Positions 30,240 through 31,931 of a DNA stretch of 31,931 nt are shown here, one piece after another. Both the position numbers and the translations under genes were made by a program. Under the pieces are notes generated by a model. The model was not told where the DNA came from. It saw only the letters and a list, made by a program, of their open reading frames with translations, and ran no database searches. Origin of the DNA: an uncultured Verrucomicrobiae bacterium (GTDB taxonomy: Bacteria; Verrucomicrobiota; Verrucomicrobiia; Chthoniobacterales; UBA10450); contig CAWFGO010000007.1 of assembly GCA_963815455.1 (NCBI GenBank), positions 1 through 31,931 of the forward strand. Reading direction: 5' to 3'. How positions within the stretch are numbered: position 1 is the stretch's first letter; the number at the start of each line of letters is the position of its first letter.

Positions 30240-30334
30240 TTCCGAAGATGCGGATCCTTCGACTTAAAGTCGATTTGCGGTTCGTTATAATCATTGCAAT
30301 CATTTGCGCTAGATTCACCGCAATTCTCAATCCC

Positions 30335-31303
30335 ATGATCGTTACCACCGCCCAACTTTACAAAGTCGCCTACGGCAAATTCGCCGTCGGCGCCTACAAC
30401 ATTAACAACATGGAGCAGTGCCTCGGGCTGTTCCGCGGCAACGTCCAAAGCAAGGCGCCCTTCATCATCCAGCTTTCCAAGGGCGCGCGGAAATATGCCG
30501 ACAAACGCATGCTCGAAGCGATCATTCGCGCGGCGGAAGGAATTTTTCCCGAAGCGATTTTTGCCGTGCATCTCGACCATGGCGACGAAGAGACCTGCTA
30601 CGATTGCATCGCCTCGGGCTTTTACAGCTCGGTCATGATCGACGCCAGCCACGAGTCATTTGAGCAAAACGTCGCCATCACCAAGCGCGTAGTCGAGAAA
30701 GCGCACGCCAAAGGGATCAGCGTCGAGGCGGAGCTGGGCATGCTGGGCGGAGTCGAGGAAGACATCAAGGTGGACGAAGGCCACGCCTGCCTGACCAATC
30801 CCGAGGAGGCAGTGGAATTTATCAAGCAGACTAAATGCGACTCCTTGGCGGCGGCGATCGGCACCAGCCATGGCGCCTACAAGTTCAAGGGCCAGCAATC
30901 GCTGCATTTCGACGTGATCGAAGGAATTCGCGACAAGGTGAAGAAAGCCGGCCTGCCGCCGACGCCCATCGTCATGCATGGCTCCTCGAGCGTACCGAAA
31001 TCCGAAGTGGAGCGAATCAACGCCGCCGGCGGCAAACTCGACCCATCCGCGCGCGGCGTAAATGAAGAGGAATATTTGCCCGCCGCGAAACTCGGCGTGA
31101 CCAAAGTGAACATCGACACCGATGGCCGCCTGGTCTGGACGCGGGTGCATCGCGAATTTTTCCGGGACCATCCCGAGGAATTCGATTTCCGGCCACCCGG
31201 AAAAATCTTCATGCAGGAATACGCCAATTTCATCGCCCACAAGAATGAGAAGCTTGGTTCGGCTGGAACACTCGACGAAGTGCGGGCGAACGTGAAACAT
31301 TAA
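30335..31303 (+). CDS. fba: class II fructose-1,6-bisphosphate aldolase
   Basis: 'AVGAYNINNME', 'VHLDHG', 'SSVMIDAS', 'VEAELG', 'IGTSHGAYKF', 'VMHGSSSVP', 'KVNIDTDGRL'; start at ATG 30335. Confidence 0.96.
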   Translation: MIVTTAQLYKVAYGKFAVGAYNINNMEQCLGLFRGNVQSKAPFIIQLSKGARKYADKRMLEAIIRAAEGIFPEAIFAVHLDHGDEETCYDCIASGFYSSVMIDASHESFEQNVAITKRVVEKAHAKGISVEAELGMLGGVEEDIKVDEGHACLTNPEEAVEFIKQTKCDSLAAAIGTSHGAYKFKGQQSLHFDVIEGIRDKVKKAGLPPTPIVMHGSSSVPKSEVERINAAGGKLDPSARGVNEEEYLPAAKLGVTKVNIDTDGRLVWTRVHREFFRDHPEEFDFRPPGKIFMQEYANFIAHKNEKLGSAGTLDEVRANVKH

Positions 31304-31305
31304 AG

Positions 31306-31393
31306 CCGTTGAAGCGTTACAACGCCTCACAAACAAACGGTAACGCGCATCCGCTTTAACGTTTTAACGGTTCAACCCTTCAACGTTCCAACC
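31306..31393. repeat. short degenerate ~8-bp repeats (TTYAACG-like), partly inverted
   Basis: TTTAACG TTTTAACG GTTCAACC CTTCAACG TTCCAACC (31355-31393), with upstream GTTGAAGCGTTA complementary to TAACGGTTCAAC. Confidence 0.5.
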
Positions 31394-31400
31394 TCCACCA

Positions 31401-31931
31401 GTGTTAACATTTACAGCTCAAGATCTTGCCGCGCAATGCGACGGCGAACTGGACGGCAATCCCGCCGAGCAAATCATCGGGGCTGCTGCGCTTGCGGAAG
31501 CTGCCCCTGGGGAAATCACCTTCTACGGCAACCCACGGTATCTTGCCGCCTTTCGCAAGACCCGTGCTTCCGCCGCTTTCGTTCCGGCCGATTTCAGCGA
31601 GAAAATCGTGGGCTCACAAATTCGCGTGGCCAATCCGACAAAGGCGTTTGAGCAAGTCGTGCTCAAATTCGCACCAGCACCGATCAAGTCCGCGCCGGGC
31701 ATTCATCCAACGGCGGTTGTCGATCCTGCCGCGGAACTTGGCCAGCGCGTTTCCATTCAGCCTTTCGCGGTGATCGAGCCCGGCGCTCAAATCGGCGACA
31801 ATACGGTCATCGGCGCAGGTACGTACATCGGGCACGAAACAGTCATTGGGGTCGATTGCATGATCTATCCGCGCGTGACGATTCGTGAGCGCACCCGAAT
31901 TGGCGCGCGCGTGATCATTCACAGCGGGGCC
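31401..31931 (+). CDS. lpxD: UDP-3-O-(3-hydroxymyristoyl)glucosamine N-acyltransferase LpxD (5' part, runs off the window)
   Basis: Not in the ORF track (no stop). GTG 31401 reads 'MLTFTAQDLAAQCDGELDG..GAAALAEAAPGEITFYGNPRYL..RVANPTKAF..GIHPTAVVDPAAELG' followed by hexapeptide repeats to 'VIIHSGA'. Confidence 0.93.
   Translation, partial: MLTFTAQDLAAQCDGELDGNPAEQIIGAAALAEAAPGEITFYGNPRYLAAFRKTRASAAFVPADFSEKIVGSQIRVANPTKAFEQVVLKFAPAPIKSAPGIHPTAVVDPAAELGQRVSIQPFAVIEPGAQIGDNTVIGAGTYIGHETVIGVDCMIYPRVTIRERTRIGARVIIHSGA

Noticed and set aside
30248..30334. N-terminal extension of fba and similar extensions of 10514, 12161 and 24422 ORFs
   Set aside because: Family homology or signal peptides begin at downstream ATGs (30335, 10589, 11996, 24470).
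10351..31400. tRNA-Ala as island integration site; ACCTCCACCA at 31391-31400 equals the tRNA 3' end
   Set aside because: Only 10 bp, in inverted rather than direct orientation, and no integrase in the window.

Overview
GC-rich bacterial chromosomal window, most likely Verrucomicrobiota (Chthoniobacterales/Spartobacteria-like). That assignment is inferred from the 'VSRKTHG...GVECR' + dockerin-like C-terminal modules, a PEP-CTERM protein and the style of intergenic palindromic repeats. Left to right: two paralogous secreted dockerin-tailed proteins sharing a structured leader; a small lipoprotein, POT peptide transporter and DUF885 protein; tRNA-Ala(CGC); a small exported protein; an atypical NarL/LuxR regulator divergent from a signal-peptide-bearing RHS polymorphic toxin with two candidate membrane immunity genes; and a PEP-CTERM beta-propeller. 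A minus-strand run follows (REC-HisKA hybrid kinase -> stand-alone LanB-glutamylation-domain/PEARL-like enzyme -> parA), divergent from a translationally coupled run (atypical ketosynthase -> membrane GAF-PAS kinase -> soluble GAF-PAS kinase). The window ends with class II fba and partial lpxD. Many genes are split by single-base indels that look like long-read consensus errors, so merged coordinates are approximate. Best candidates for new biology: the ketosynthase/three-kinase signalling module and the orphan PEARL-like ligase coupled to parA.
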